Origin: Parasitella parasitica NRRL 2501
Lineage: Eukaryota; Fungi; Mucoromycota
Direction: 5' to 3'
Assembly: GCA_025201805.1 (NCBI GenBank)
Contig: MU619378.1
Coordinates: 18,555 to 82,554, forward strand
DNA: 64,000 nucleotides
Part shown: one piece after another, positions 11,820 to 24,541 of the stretch
How positions within the stretch are numbered: position 1 is the first letter of the stretch
Layout: each line of letters starts with the position of its first letter
Translations under genes and position numbers: made by a program
Notes under the pieces: generated by a model
The model's database searches: none
The model's input: only the letters and a program-made list of their open reading frames with translations
What the model was told of the DNA's origin: nothing

Positions 11820-13600
11820 CTAGCCGTTTGATCTCGCTACGCTCAATGACGGCGTCGCCCTGCGGGAAGATAAGCAATCAAGCATTGATAATGGAGAAGT
11901 TTAGCTCCTGTTGGCGTATTCGTTTGGAATAATAGCAGCGATTTTATCGACTGTTGGAAAATTCTGCGTGCGTCGATTGTTGCCAACAACAAACTCTATT
12001 GTCATTTAAGGATTAAATCGCACATAAAATTCTGTATACTCATTCTCAGAACTTTTAAATATCAAAAATGAGGTCTTCCACACGGCCGTATGCTGCTTTT
12101 TCTTGATACTGAAAATGACCAATTCACTACTGCTGAAAACATCGATCGAATTACATCTGCTGAAATACCAGACCGAAATTCGGAACCTGAGCTATACGAA
12201 GTTATCACAGGAAATATGATACATTGACCATTGGTAAAGACATCAACGAAAATCTAATTTGCAGAATGGAAAGCTCAATGGGTATGCGTAAATGCTCGAA
12301 AAAATCCCAAAGGAGTTTCAGCCAGTTACAGTCATCAAAAATATTGGATATCCACTGTGTCTTAGAAGGTTAGATAGTCGCTCTCATGTAGTAAGACAGC
12401 CATCAGCTCCGGAACAGGAATTTCATCTCACAAACCAGTGGGTTATACCTTATAATCCATACTTGTCAAAAAAAATACAATTCCCGCATCACTATTGAGG
12501 TATGTGGTAGCTTAAAAGCTATAAAATACCTCGACAAATACATATACAAAGTTTCAGATCAAACTACCGTAGAGGTAGAAAATTCGCTCGACAAAGTTTA
12601 AAAATACCATAGGGAAGGTATATAAGTCCTATTGAAGCTGCCTGGAGGATACTCGGTTCCTTTATGCATGAAGAGAGCCCTTTTGTTACACTTCTTGCAG
12701 TTAATCTCGAAAATGATCAGGCCGTATATTTCGATCCAGAATGGGAACAAAGTAAAACTAAAAGAACCAAGGCAAGGTCGGCTTTCGTGAGTACCTATAT
12801 TGAGAGTTTTCAGAGCATTTTATTTGGCAAAAAGACAAGAAGCTTTGGAAACTCAAGGAATCAACAGGCTTTCAATTAGGCGCAATCCTTCTTCCAGAGA
12901 GCGGTATTATTTACGTCGTCTTATAACTCTCGTGCGTGCCTCAACTTCGTTTGCTAATTGACGCACTGTCAATGGCGTCCTGTGTGATTCATACAAAGAA
13001 ACATGTATGTTGATGCATTTGATTGAAGATGGCAAAGAATGGGGAAGGCGCTTTCATAAAGCTTTTACTTTCGCCTCAGGCTCTTCCTTGCGTTCTTTGT
13101 TTGATTCTTTAGTTTTGTCATCTGACATTTGGATTATGGCTTGCATCTCTTGGATAACTCATTAAAAGCCCACAGCAAATTTTTATATTAATATCATCTA
13201 CCTTTGCCCCTGTTTGATAGGAATGGCTAGAATACATCGCAATTCATTAATATTTGGTGAAATGTCGTATCAGCAGGAGCAAGGGTCTTAATCGTACGAA
13301 GAGAAATATGCGCAAATGAATCCAATGCAAAAGCGAGTCTTTGATCATATCAAATTGTCTGTCAATAGTGCCAATCCAAATTTGCATTCTTTTTGCAAGC
13401 TCCTGCCAGAACTGGTAAAACCTTTGTGTACAAACTCTCTGCAATTATTATAGGAGTTACGGAAAAATTGCTTTATGTGTCGCCTCTTCTGGTGGTCGGA
13501 TATCTCACTCCCGCTTTGGCAATATCAGCAAAAAAAAGCGATCTCGCTGAGCTTATTCGTGATACAACGCTGATTATCTATGTTGGAATAAGCTGAATCG
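11820..13600. mobile_element. Degenerate, internally rearranged Helitron (Rep/PIF1 helicase remnants)
   Basis: Plus strand: YQK*GLPHGRMLLFL, IDRITSAEIPD, NQWVIPYNPYLSKK, EVCGSLKAIKYLDKYIYK, RYISPIEAAWRI, ERYYLRRL, APARTGKTF, with many stops, frameshifts and deletions. Minus strand: NRRTQNFPTVDKIAAIIP, plus hairpin and CTAG|T terminus at 11820-11853. Confidence 0.9.
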
Positions 13601-14933
13601 CCGACTTGAGTCCTCAGCCTTATGCAGCAAATTGAGATTATGTTAAGAACAACATGCAATTGCGCATAGTATAAATAAGCTTGTTGAATGATTTACTTTG
13701 ATTTCTCTTTATTTCTTATTTCATTTTTATCATCAATTCAACCCAAAAAAAATGCCAGGATGAAGAAGTAATTGATTAAAATAATAATTGAATAGATTAA
13801 ATAAACTCATAACACATATCGTTATTCAATAAGACGTAATCAAAACATTATAAATGGTCTAAGGGAAAGTAATGCATCAAGTACTCTTCTTCTGCCTTAA
13901 TTACCACCCCAACACATAAGTGCAATGAACAGTGATTATGCTTATGCCAAGCGTCCGAAACTGCTGCCCAACAAACGGCTGAGAAGGTTAAAAACGAATA
14001 GAAAGTAAGAATTTCTTGAATGGTGTAAAAAGTTTTGTCCACCGGGTCCATTAAACGAAATCCCTGATGATAAAAAATACGTTTTTTTTTTTTTACATAA
14101 TCAGGTATGGTTTGAAATTATAATGCTTATGTCCTTTTTTTTTTCTAATAATCAATATACTGCTCCCGTCCTCAATACCAGTACATAATTGAATCAATAG
14201 TCCGTTGTTCGAGGTTCACCACTCCGCGATGTATCCCTCACTTACTAATATTTGAATAAAATCAAAAAATATTGAATAAATCGAACCTTCTTGCATTTAA
14301 ATTCTGTATTATATACTTGATTGCTATTATATCGCTGAGATATCATACCATCTTAGTTATTCGACATAATATGCACTTGAACAACAGCGACACAGTCGAA
14401 TTAGTCTCGGGATTGAACTGTTTACTGAAAAAAATTCCAAACAACCCAGATCTATTATAAAACAGCACCGCAGAGTATCAACCTATGTCATTTTTGTAGG
14501 TGTATAGGATAATAGCAAGGGTATCTTCATCATCAGAAGTTGATCGTAAGTCAATTAGACCTAGGTTCCTGATGAACTGATGGTTAATGGGATAAAATAT
14601 TATTTGGGTTGGTTTTTTTCTTGTCAAAAAGTTGATCTCTTCATAAGCTTGCTTTTTTTTTTAGGACAAAATAAAAAAAACAGTTTACGAAAGGTAGAAG
14701 AACTTTGGACCTTGACACGCTTTGAACCTTTTAGTCAACAATAGCCAATTTAATTTAGTAGTCAAGTTGTCGCGTTCCATTCGTTTATTTACTTGTTTTA
14801 TTATGTAATGTGATTTTTTTTGGTGAATTTATAATACATTTAGATTGTTTTATATGATATTGAAGAAATGAATTCTATTTCTTTTGAGAGTTGCTTCAAG
14901 TTGATTATGGTTAAACAAAATTAAAAAATAAAC

Positions 14934-16192
14934 TTATTTGGCTTCTTCATTTTTTGGTTCTGAAACAGGAACTTTCTCAGTGTTTTCAGCAGAAGCGTCG
15001 GTCTTGGCGGCCAAAGCAGCAGCTCTCTCAGCCTTCTTCTTCTCCTTCTTTTCCAATTTGGGGTTGAACTTCTTAACTGGTACAGGCTTAGGGTAAGCCA
15101 ATTCAGTGAGCTTGACGAATTCGGGATCCTCAAATGCTTTACGAACGGGCTCTAATAGCTCGTTGATAGCAGCAATGACACCAGCCTTCAGATCTCCAGG
15201 ATGAACAACTTTATCAGCAAAATCCTTTTCCAGAGCCTCATAATTATCGTAAACCATGTTACCACCATATTGCTCAGGACGGATGCAAGTAAAAGCAGCC
15301 TTGTTACCATTCAAGGTTTTGAGAGGGAAATATACAGACTTGACAAAGGATAAGATGCCATTTTCCTCGATATTACCTTCCTCACAAAAAGCCTTTTTGA
15401 TCTTTTTCTCAACATCCTTGCGACTGTCTAAAAAGTCAATTTTGGAATCAGGGTCAGAGGCAGACATCTTGGAACCGGTCAAGCCAGGAACCATAGGGTT
15501 CATCAAGTGAGAGCGTTTCTTATAGCCCAATTGAGGCATGTACTTTTCAGCTAAAATGAAAATCTTGCGCTGATCGACACCACCAAACTGGGCATCGACC
15601 TTCAAGTATTCTTCGTCAAGAGCCTGCATACCGGGATACAGCAAACCTGATAAAAGAGGAGAAGCAACCTGCTTGACAACCTCAGCACCAGCACGCTTAG
15701 CATCGTGTTCAGTGACAAGAGCACATAAGCGGAAGTTGTCCATGGTGTATTCCTTTGATAACTCGTAGGATGAGCCAATGACAAACTTGAGTTTCTCGAT
15801 AGGAACACCGAGAGAGGTCAAGACAGTTTTGATCATCTGTTCATAGTATTTGACACGATGATTGACAAGCTCAAGTGGTGCTTTCATGTTGTCAAGAAAA
15901 GCGTGAAGGTCGGCCAAAAGAATAGTCATCTACAATATATAAAAAAAAAGCGTCAATTGTTGAGCGTTGATGTGGATGGTGATCCAAACTTTACCTCTAC
16001 ACCAGCAGACAGGAAATCGGCAATCTTGGTCATAGGTACAAAGTAACCAATGTGTGGTCTACCCGTAGGAGCGGTTCCCCAGTACATCTTGAGATCACGC
16101 TCAGCAAGAACCTTCTTCATTTCATCAGCACCAAGAACCTCTTGAAGATTACGAGTGATAAGATCGTACTTTTCGTCAGGAGTAAGAGACAT
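14934..16192 (-). CDS. TYS1: Cytoplasmic tyrosyl-tRNA synthetase; intron 15930-15994
   Basis: [14 protein letters not shown] (HIGH motif), [40 protein letters not shown] (KMSKS motif), HPGDLK. Confidence 0.97.
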
Positions 16193-16573
16193 GGTGTTCT
16201 GTGGATGTTGTAACAAAAGTAAAAAGAAAAGGTTGGTTGTATAGCAACGCTGAAAAATTATGAGTCATGGCCCACTGCAACACAAGCCACTACACAAGCA
16301 ACCTGTTCGGTGGATTTCCATACTTATTATTAAGCCTCCTCAAACGATCCCAAGCAAATTATGAGCTGCACACAATTGCAAAAAGTGATCGTAATTTTTG
16401 TAGTCTTACAAAGCTGACCCACACGACAAATCATTGCTCGCATTGTAACAAGGAAGGTTTCTTTGATTAGAGTCGTAATACAGCAGAATGCTTAAAGTTG
16501 CGTATCCTTTTTGTTTTTCAATCACACTCCTGTTCACAAATGCATATAAGCCCTTTAATCCCTCAGACAATAA

Positions 16574-16649
16574 TGCCACTGCCACTGCCACTGCCACTGC
16601 TACTGCTACTGCTACTGCTACTGCTACTGCTACTGCTACTGCTACTGCT
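16574..16649. repeat. Compound hexanucleotide microsatellite (TGCCAC)n-(TGCTAC)n
   Basis: Directly visible; produces the spurious AVAVAV and ATATAT ORFs. Confidence 0.95.
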
Positions 16650-16774
16650 GACGCCAACTCAACGTTGAAAACTTTCTTGATTTAGTATTAGAACTACCCA
16701 CATAAAAGAAATAATTGGAGAGGGTGTGGTTTTAATGAATTTTGGATTACAACTTTTATTTCAAAGATGCTTGC

Positions 16775-17160
16775 TTAACGGAGACGACGAGCTTCACGTT
16801 CAGATTCCAAGAGACAGAGAATGTCGTTTTCACGAACAGGGCCCTTGACGTTACGGATGATGGAACGGTGAGTATCATCCATGAATTCAACGCGGACTTG
16901 GGTCACACCACCACGAGAACCGGTACGGCCGAGAACCTTTGTAACCTTGGCGAGCTTGACAGGAGTCTTAGAAGAGTCCTATAACGAAATGCGATTAAAT
17001 GTTTAGTATTTGCGTAATTAGGGATAAAAAGAGCCATCATCGAGATTTGTTGAAATGAAGGTGCATCCATCCGCATCAGCAGGATTCAGCATTGATCCAT
17101 CCATTCAACTTTTGTCTAGTATCGTCTTTTGATGTTGCATGGCTGGCACACACATACCAT
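16775..17160 (-). CDS. RPS28: 40S ribosomal protein S28 (eS28); exon 1 is ATG only, intron 16979-17157
   Basis: Manual translation M|[67 protein letters not shown]; not in the ORF track. Confidence 0.97.
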
Positions 17161-17521
17161 AATTATTGATTATAGAAAAGGAAGGATTTCTAATCGCTTC
17201 CTATTCTATTCAATGTGATGTCTGCCCCTCTTTCTTCTTGCTCCTCCCTCCTCGCTCCTCGCCGGGGCATACAAGTTTTTTGCTCAGCGACCGAAGTCTT
17301 TGGTTCCACCCTATCTAAACCCTCCTTCGCTACGTCACGATAATTGCTCAAAAACAATTTTTTCCTAGTGTACATACATGTTTCCCTACAACCCTTTTCT
17401 TCTTTCTGAATTTTCAATTACCCCGTAAATACAGAACTGAAAGTAACTTCTGTACCAAAAGAGAAAACACCCAAGGCATTAGACCAATTGACGCGTTTTT
17501 ATCTCTCAGTTCAATACGCTT

Positions 17522-19568
17522 ATGAAATCCAACTCAACATCTATAGCGACCATGGACAACAATACCACGAATACCGAAGAAGGCGCTAGACAAAGCTCAA
17601 AACTATCGTTAGGCTCTTCGCCATCTGTGTTGAGCGCTGATGAGCAATTGGAAGGAGATGGTCCCCTGACTCCAATTGATAAAATGCAAGACGATGTCGA
17701 AGACGATGATGATATGTCTGCACTGAATAGCATATTACAGGCTGGCTCTCCTGGTTCTTTATCTGACGAAGAAGAAGAAGATGAAGAAGAAGATAGGGAT
17801 TCTGAAGGGGATGACGAAGATGAAGGCGAAGGCGAAGGCGAAGGCGAAGGCGAAGGCGAAGACGATGAGGACGAGGATGAGGACGAAGACGAGGACGAGG
17901 AAGGTTCACAAACAGAGCAAGATTCTGCCTCCCCATTGTCATCTGTCCCTGATGACTTTCCCTTGTCAAGATCTGCATCTCCCGAATTGCCACTGGTAAA
18001 TCACTTGCATCAGGAAGAAGAAGCTGATGGCGAAGATGAGGATGAAGATGAAGATGATACAGTCACAACTAATACCACCACTACAAACGTGAGCACTAAA
18101 GAAGACGAAGACAATGATGATAATGATGACGATGACGATGAGGAGGAAGAGGAGGAGGAAGAGGTGGTAGTGGAAAGAGTCCCAAATAGAAAACTTTCAA
18201 TAAGTGGCAACTTGAGCACAACCAAAAAGCGTCGAAAAGAGGATACCAAGAAGAAATTAGAAATCAAAGAGGAAAGTGATTCTGAAAATGGCCCCAGTCC
18301 TCCCAAAAAAGCAAAGCAATCTGAAGCTTCTACGGCAAGAGAAAGCAGTAAAAATACCGATACATGCAGCAGTAGTGAAGATACCGTTGTAAACCATAAT
18401 ACCAAAAAACGCCGTGCATCCCGATCCACTCTGGAGATGACCGAATCACCTCGAACTCGTCGAAGACAAAGCCGACAAGATGAGTTGTTAGCAAAAAGTG
18501 AAGTGGGACAAGCTACAGAAGAGATACCCGTGACGCCAAAAAATGATGCGACCTCGACAGAAGCGGTGAATGTTGGTAACAAATCCGAAAAAGAGGAGGA
18601 AGAAAATGCGGCTTCCGTTAAAACTACCTGTAACAAAATTGAAAAAAGCTGCGACAAGTTTGGTAATCAGAAAGATCAGAATAAGGATGGTGTCGCAATG
18701 GAACCATCCGAAGATGTAGAGGTTGAAAACGGCGAGGATTCAGAAGAGCAAAGAGAAAACCATGGAGCACAAGGTATGAGTAACACGTAAAATAGCAGGG
18801 CAGTCATTAACGACAACTAGATAATGACGACCAAGATTATCAGCATAGACATCAAGAAGCGTTAGATGCATTGACTCATATAGAAATCGAATTTGCCAGG
18901 CTAAGAGACAAGTAAGACGGACACTAGCTCAAGATGGAATCACAAAATTAACATGGTTCTGTAGAATGTATCAAGAAAAAATGACAGAATTACATGATGA
19001 GGCCCGAATGATAGCCAATGGAACGCACCCCGAATTGGTTACGTTGTTAGCAGAGATTGAAGAAAAGAAAGGCAAAAGGATACATAGCGCTGAAGCTTGG
19101 CGAAAATATCAACATGACAATTTCAAGCAGCAATTTGAGGGGCTGGAGTATCAAGCCAATATACATTTCATAGTAAGTTGTATTCCGCATGTCAATGAAG
19201 AAAAAAAAAAAAAAGCCCTGACACAGGATGGATTTAGTCACAAAAGAATGCATTGCGACGTGAGTTATTAGCAAGGATCAATAATAGAAAATGGAGTATG
19301 GAAGATGAACGAACAAAATTAAATGATCCTGCCAGAGGTATAGTTACACATATTGCAACAAGATGTGAAATTGACATTTGACATAGGTGAACGCGAATAT
19401 CCGGATGGCCGGGAATTGGTTGTGCACAAACGAGAACAGAAGGAGGAGACAGGTGAATTGCAAGACATCAAAGAAGCAGTTGGATTCCCTATGGCGCCTA
19501 ATCCATCCGGGCTTAGTGTACAGGACGTTGATGATGATTTGAAGTTATTGGGTATCAAACAATCGTAA
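17522..19568 (+). CDS. Sds3-family (Dep1-like) Sin3/Rpd3L histone deacetylase complex subunit with long acidic N-terminus
   Basis: Spliced C-terminal exons HQEALDALTHIEIEFARLRDK|MYQEKMTELHDEARMIANGTHPEL and GFPMAPNPSGLS..DVDDDL; long D/E-rich low-complexity region. Confidence 0.8.
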
Positions 19569-19922
19569 TAAGTTCTTTTTTTAATTTTATTTTATATATA
19601 TTTCATTATTATACCCTTTTTTGTATTATACAATCAACATTCATCACCTCACAAACACTTGGTCTATATTGTACATTTATTGTTCATTCCATCTCCTCCT
19701 CAAGAAAACAAGGTACAAACTTCTTTTGTTTCTTGAACACACGTGCAAGCTCGCCTTTAAGCTACTAATAATAAAATTCATTATTTTTCATATGAATATA
19801 AAAACTTGCTTTGTTTTGTCAAGTCCTTTTTCCCTTTTTTTTTTTTTTGTTTTCTTTATTCTCTATTTCACATAGACTTGATTGATTTTTGGAAGAAAAG
19901 ACTGCATCAATCCATAGATTAC

Positions 19923-20787
19923 ATGACAACGAATTTACGTAAATTGTCTTTGCCAAGGAGTCTATTATCAACGCTTGATGACGATACATTCTCAAAAGAT
20001 CTTTTACGTCAGTTTGATAAAAAGAGATCAGTATTGCATTTCGAATTAGGCTTTGTATCCCAAGTAGGTATTTTTGTCGTAAATCCAGGGGCGGGAGGGG
20101 GGGAGAGAGAAAACCAACTCTATAAGCGTGGAGAAACCCCAATTAAGGTAAATTGACACCTCTACCTAGGAACCATCACCGGAATCATCAATTGTCGCCA
20201 CATCGCCAGCTGTTGATTACCAATATGAAGAGCCAATCCAACTAGACCAGCAAGACGAGGATGAGATAATAATACAAACGCAAGTAGCGCCATCTGATTC
20301 CTTTAGACAGAGATCGACAGCGAGTAAAAGATCTTCATCGGCAAGCGATCTGTTTCGCAGATCCTCTGCCTACTTGAGATCCAAGCTCGATTTTATAAGA
20401 AAGAACAAGTCGCATGATGATTATTATTTCAAGAACCATACTAGAACACCTATAGATGTTGCAGAGAAGCCAACAAAATTATTTATGAAAACAACCATAT
20501 CAATCCCATCCATCACAGCCATTAAGCCTAATTCCACTTTAACATCCAATCCGCCTACCATAATGCAATACCCTCCCAAGCCTTTAGTATATTCCCCTAT
20601 TGAACCTATTCCTTACATGAATCATGAATCGAAACCATTACTCCATCGTATCTCCATGCCATTGATGCGCGTCTACAATCAAGAAAATCGCCCCCTTGCA
20701 CGAAACAAGTCGTTTGCTTCACTTGTAACTCGCAGGCGTAAGTCAGAGCTTGAACAGCAACCCAAGAGAAAATTAAAGAAACAATAA
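19923..20787 (+). CDS. Hypothetical protein (2 exons, intron ~20064-20169)
   Basis: MTTNLRKLSLPRSLLS..VLHFELGFVSQ|EPSPESS... splices in frame to the 20374-20787 ORF; no recognisable domain. Confidence 0.55.
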
Positions 20788-20818
20788 AAATCTATGTATA
20801 TGTCTATCTTTTTTTTCA

Positions 20819-21195
20819 TTTTTTTTTTTTTTTTTCATTCAAATTTATTGTATCAAAACCCTCTTGCGAAGGTTTCCAAAAATTGACTAGAGGATCAATA
20901 AGAAAATCCTCTAGACATGAATAAATTACATTGTAATTGTATTGGGTTCGGCATTTATCCATCGGTAGGGACCTCATTTGGATAAGCATCTCCCCTTTGA
21001 AAAGGACAAGGAGCACTTTATGAAAAAAATTTGCGTTTTTAATGGTTATTGAACCGAGACTGCTTTCAAACCAACAGATCCTACTATAATGGCTGCATCC
21101 GCAACTCAAATGGTTACCGAAAGGACACCTCTCCTTCAATTCAAAGATATAGATCACGCAGGTGAATAGATTGCGGTGCCGCACATATCTAGTCG
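20819..21195 (-). mobile_element. Probable 3' end of a non-LTR retrotransposon (LINE) running into the assembly gap
   Basis: Minus strand ends ...gatacAATAAAtttgaatg-A17; two stem-loops just upstream (ctagaggat/atcctctag and aaacc/ggttt); sequence breaks into Ns. Confidence 0.55.
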
Positions 21196-21355
21196 NNNNN
21201 NNNNNNNNNNNNNNNNNNNNNNNNNNNNNNNNNNNNNNNNNNNNNNNNNNNNNNNNNNNNNNNNNNNNNNNNNNNNNNNNNNNNNNNNNNNNNNNNNNNN
21301 NNNNNNNNNNNNNNNNNNNNNNNNNNNNNNNNNNNNNNNNNNNNNNNNNNNNNNN
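21196..21355. other. Assembly gap (160 N)
   Basis: Run of n. Confidence 1.
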
Positions 21356-21685
21356 AAAAAAAAAAAAAAAGTAGGTTTAACGCATATGGCTGCTGGTTTG
21401 CTGGGCGTTCCATAACATTCAAGAAAGTTGTATTATTAAGAGGATATTTCTTACAGTTTGTCATATGAATGAGAATAGACTATATTGATAAAACAAACAG
21501 CGAAACTTTACTTGACAGTAGACCTATAGATATAAAACTCCAATGGTTATATATGTGATTTTTCCTAGAATGTTATTTCGATATTCTTAAGGATATGTCC
21601 TGTTCTCGACTTCGTTGTACAAACGCATCATCGTACCATGGTAGATAATGGCGGCTTTGAAAGCAAATGATCAATTTCCTTATAC

Positions 21686-21737
21686 TGATGGGATGGCTTC
21701 AAATGTATGATGGGATGGCTTCAAATGTATGATGGGA
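21686..21737. repeat. 22-bp tandem duplication (tgatgggatggcttcaaatgta x2.3)
   Basis: Directly visible. Confidence 0.85.
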
Positions 21738-22287
21738 ATCTAGTCTAGTCCGCTTTAGTTCCAAACAATCTTGTTTAAAGAAGACGGGAGACATGACAAT
21801 CAGCGACGAGATGTTGCTCCAGAAAGAATGATATTACTCAACTCATTTTCTGCTTCAGATACTTGGCTTCCTTTTCTTGCACCTCTTTGCAAAATTCTAC
21901 CTACCTTTATTACTTGATACAGACCAGTGATTATACAGTTCAAGGTAACTCTTTAAATTTTCAAGACTAAAGTTACAGGCCTCTGTCGTCTTTGTCGCCA
22001 CATTCAGCAAAACAAGTAGTATCCGCAGAATATTACAGTTGATGCTTTTCGCGTTTTGTTATGATATTTTGTGAGCTACAAGCACATCCAGGATACATGA
22101 GTTCAGAGTTTTATATAATATATACAAGATCAATTACTACATGATGATGCAGTTTTTTTTTTTTTTTTTTACTTGGAAGATAAAATTGAGATGATAACGT
22201 CCTAGTTATAATAATCGTGCTCCCACATCATTTTGTAAGATCATGGTAATATTTTTTGATTTTATATGGACTTCTGCGATTTTGAAC

Positions 22288-23333
22288 TTAAACATTAAGC
22301 CATGGATGATTCAGGATCTGCTTAATAGATAGCCTCTTTTGAGGGTTGTTTTTCAACATTCCGTTCAGCAGATCCAAGCAACTATCGGAACAGTTCGGTT
22401 CTTTTGTTGGCCGTCTCCAATTACCGGAAATAACCTGCGTAGAGTTTGCAAATGGCACTTGGCCATAGAGTAATGTAAACAGTAGGATACCCAACGACCA
22501 AACCTCGGCAGGCTCAGGTTTATAGACTAGACCCAACAGTATTTCAGGGGATGCAAAGGAAACGGTTCCATAAAACTTGTTCATTGTGTATTGTTCACGA
22601 TCAGGAAAATCAGGAGGTATTTGAATTGCCGAGCCAAAATCCACCAATTTCATCTGTCATATTTACATGTAAGGGATTTGTAACATGTTGTCCTACTGAA
22701 AAAACATACCTGAAAGTTTGAATCAACAACGATATTTTCATCCTTGATATCTCGATGGTATATACCTAGATCACTGAGATCACTCATGCACTGCACAAGT
22801 TGCTTAATGATCTTTTGAGTGTGCGACTCGCTTATTTTCTTATGGCTTTCAATGCATTCAAACAAATCACTTGAACTCCTTCTTCGCATTGGGCAGCCTT
22901 CAAATAGGGACGGTGGTGTTGTAGGCGCTGCATCACTTTCGCAGCTGCTGCCCTCACTATGGGCATCGCCTGATTTTTGTTGAGGAGAGGACCATTCACA
23001 ACCATATAGCTCCATGATCAAATAATGATACACATCATCTTCAAAACTGTCGATATATTCAATGACAGTGGGATGATTGATTTGCTTGAGAATAGTTATC
23101 TCATTTGGCGTACTTGTATTGCTTTGACAAGGTAGCTTGTGCTTGTAAATAAATTTGACGGCCACATTCTCCCTTGTTTCACGATTCACAGCAGACATTA
23201 CAAAGCCATATCCACCACTGCCAATTTGATCCTCCAGTTCATATAGAGCAGAAAATTGTTCATTCAGGCGATATCCATTCATTACCGGTTGGAATGAACA
23301 TGATTTATCTCCAGCATTCTGATTCATTGTCAT
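22288..23333 (-). CDS. Ser/Thr protein kinase, PASK/PIM-like CAMK without PAS domains; intron 22654-22709
   Basis: IGSGGYGFV, VAVKFIYK, HRDIKDENIVVD, KLVDFGSA, FYGTVSFASPE, EVWSLGILL. Confidence 0.92.
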
Positions 23334-23970
23334 AGACGTAATAGACCTCTTGATTCTGATTTCACAAATGAGAAGAAACGTATAAAAACGGAAGAATTAG
23401 TATCCAAAATTATTTATTGCAATAACTTTTTTTTTTTTTTTTCAAAGTTACATTTTACATGATATAATTTTGCCGACGATAAAGGCAACATAAGAATGAA
23501 AAAACGCCACTATTCACATGTACCGTATGTATTTATGTATGGTGAAATGGGGTTTTGAACCCTTTTTTCATTTTAAGCTTTTTAATACATATAGCAAGGA
23601 ATCATTGGGCAAGATTCATCTGCCTAGATTATTAGACAGCTGTGCTGAACTAATCTACAACATGCATTCTTTCAATACATGGCCATTACACTTTAATGAT
23701 AGGCAAGGGGTTTCAGATACAATTGTTTTGAAATTCTCTGTTTGCGATGGCAACTGTTGGTGAAACGAGCTTAAAGCAAAACGTGTTATGCAGCGTCTTG
23801 GTTTCGGGTTTTCGGTCAAGATAATGCCATTATTATATATATTATAGTTGCAATATAAATTTATACGGGTTCAATGTACATAAACAATTAGTAACAGATG
23901 TAGAAAAAAGTGGTTTTCATGCTATTTTATAGGATATTACCAAGAGGCCTTCTATTGAGCTCAAGATCAC

Positions 23971-23975
<5 letters not shown>

Positions 23976-24068
<93 letters not shown>

Positions 24069-24071
24069 TTT
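23976..24071. repeat. ~96-bp poly(T) tract
   Basis: Directly visible, with two A interruptions. Confidence 0.95.
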
Positions 24072-24541
24072 GGTTGCTCGTTAAAATGATTGTTTAACAA
24101 CTGATGTATATCTTTTAACTGTCAGTTTTCCAGTTTGATCCTTTTTTTATACTTAAGAAAATCATTAGATCGTTCCATGAACTGTGTATTTCGAACGACA
24201 TGTTTATACCCGTGCTTAAAGGTCAAAAGAACGATTTATAGCCTTCCGAATGCAATGGCCAAAACAATCTGGTGAATAATGCATAGAAAATCGGTTTCTT
24301 TATCTACATTATAATCGCAGTTTGCAAGAGAAGATACAAATGGCTTAAATTGGTCTTTTCGAACAAAGCATATCCCTGTCGATTCAGCCATGCACGAAAA
24401 TGCCTGATAAAAAGGGTTTGGTTTCACTAATCTTTTTTACTTTGCATGAAACATGAACAATTACCAGATCAAGCAAACCCACCCAAAGAGTGAAAAAAAA
24501 AGTGATCACCTTTCTTTTAGAAGACATAACAATATTTTCAA

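Noticed and set aside
16406-16685. ORFs with AVAVAV or ATATAT repeats (antifreeze-like appearance)
   Set aside because: Translation artefacts of the hexamer microsatellite
21686-21737. Direct repeats as a possible CRISPR-like array
   Set aside because: Adjacent tandem copies with no spacers, in a eukaryotic context
23976-24071. Poly(T) as a retrocopy tail
   Set aside because: No TSD or recognisable element body; length may be a sequencing or assembly artefact
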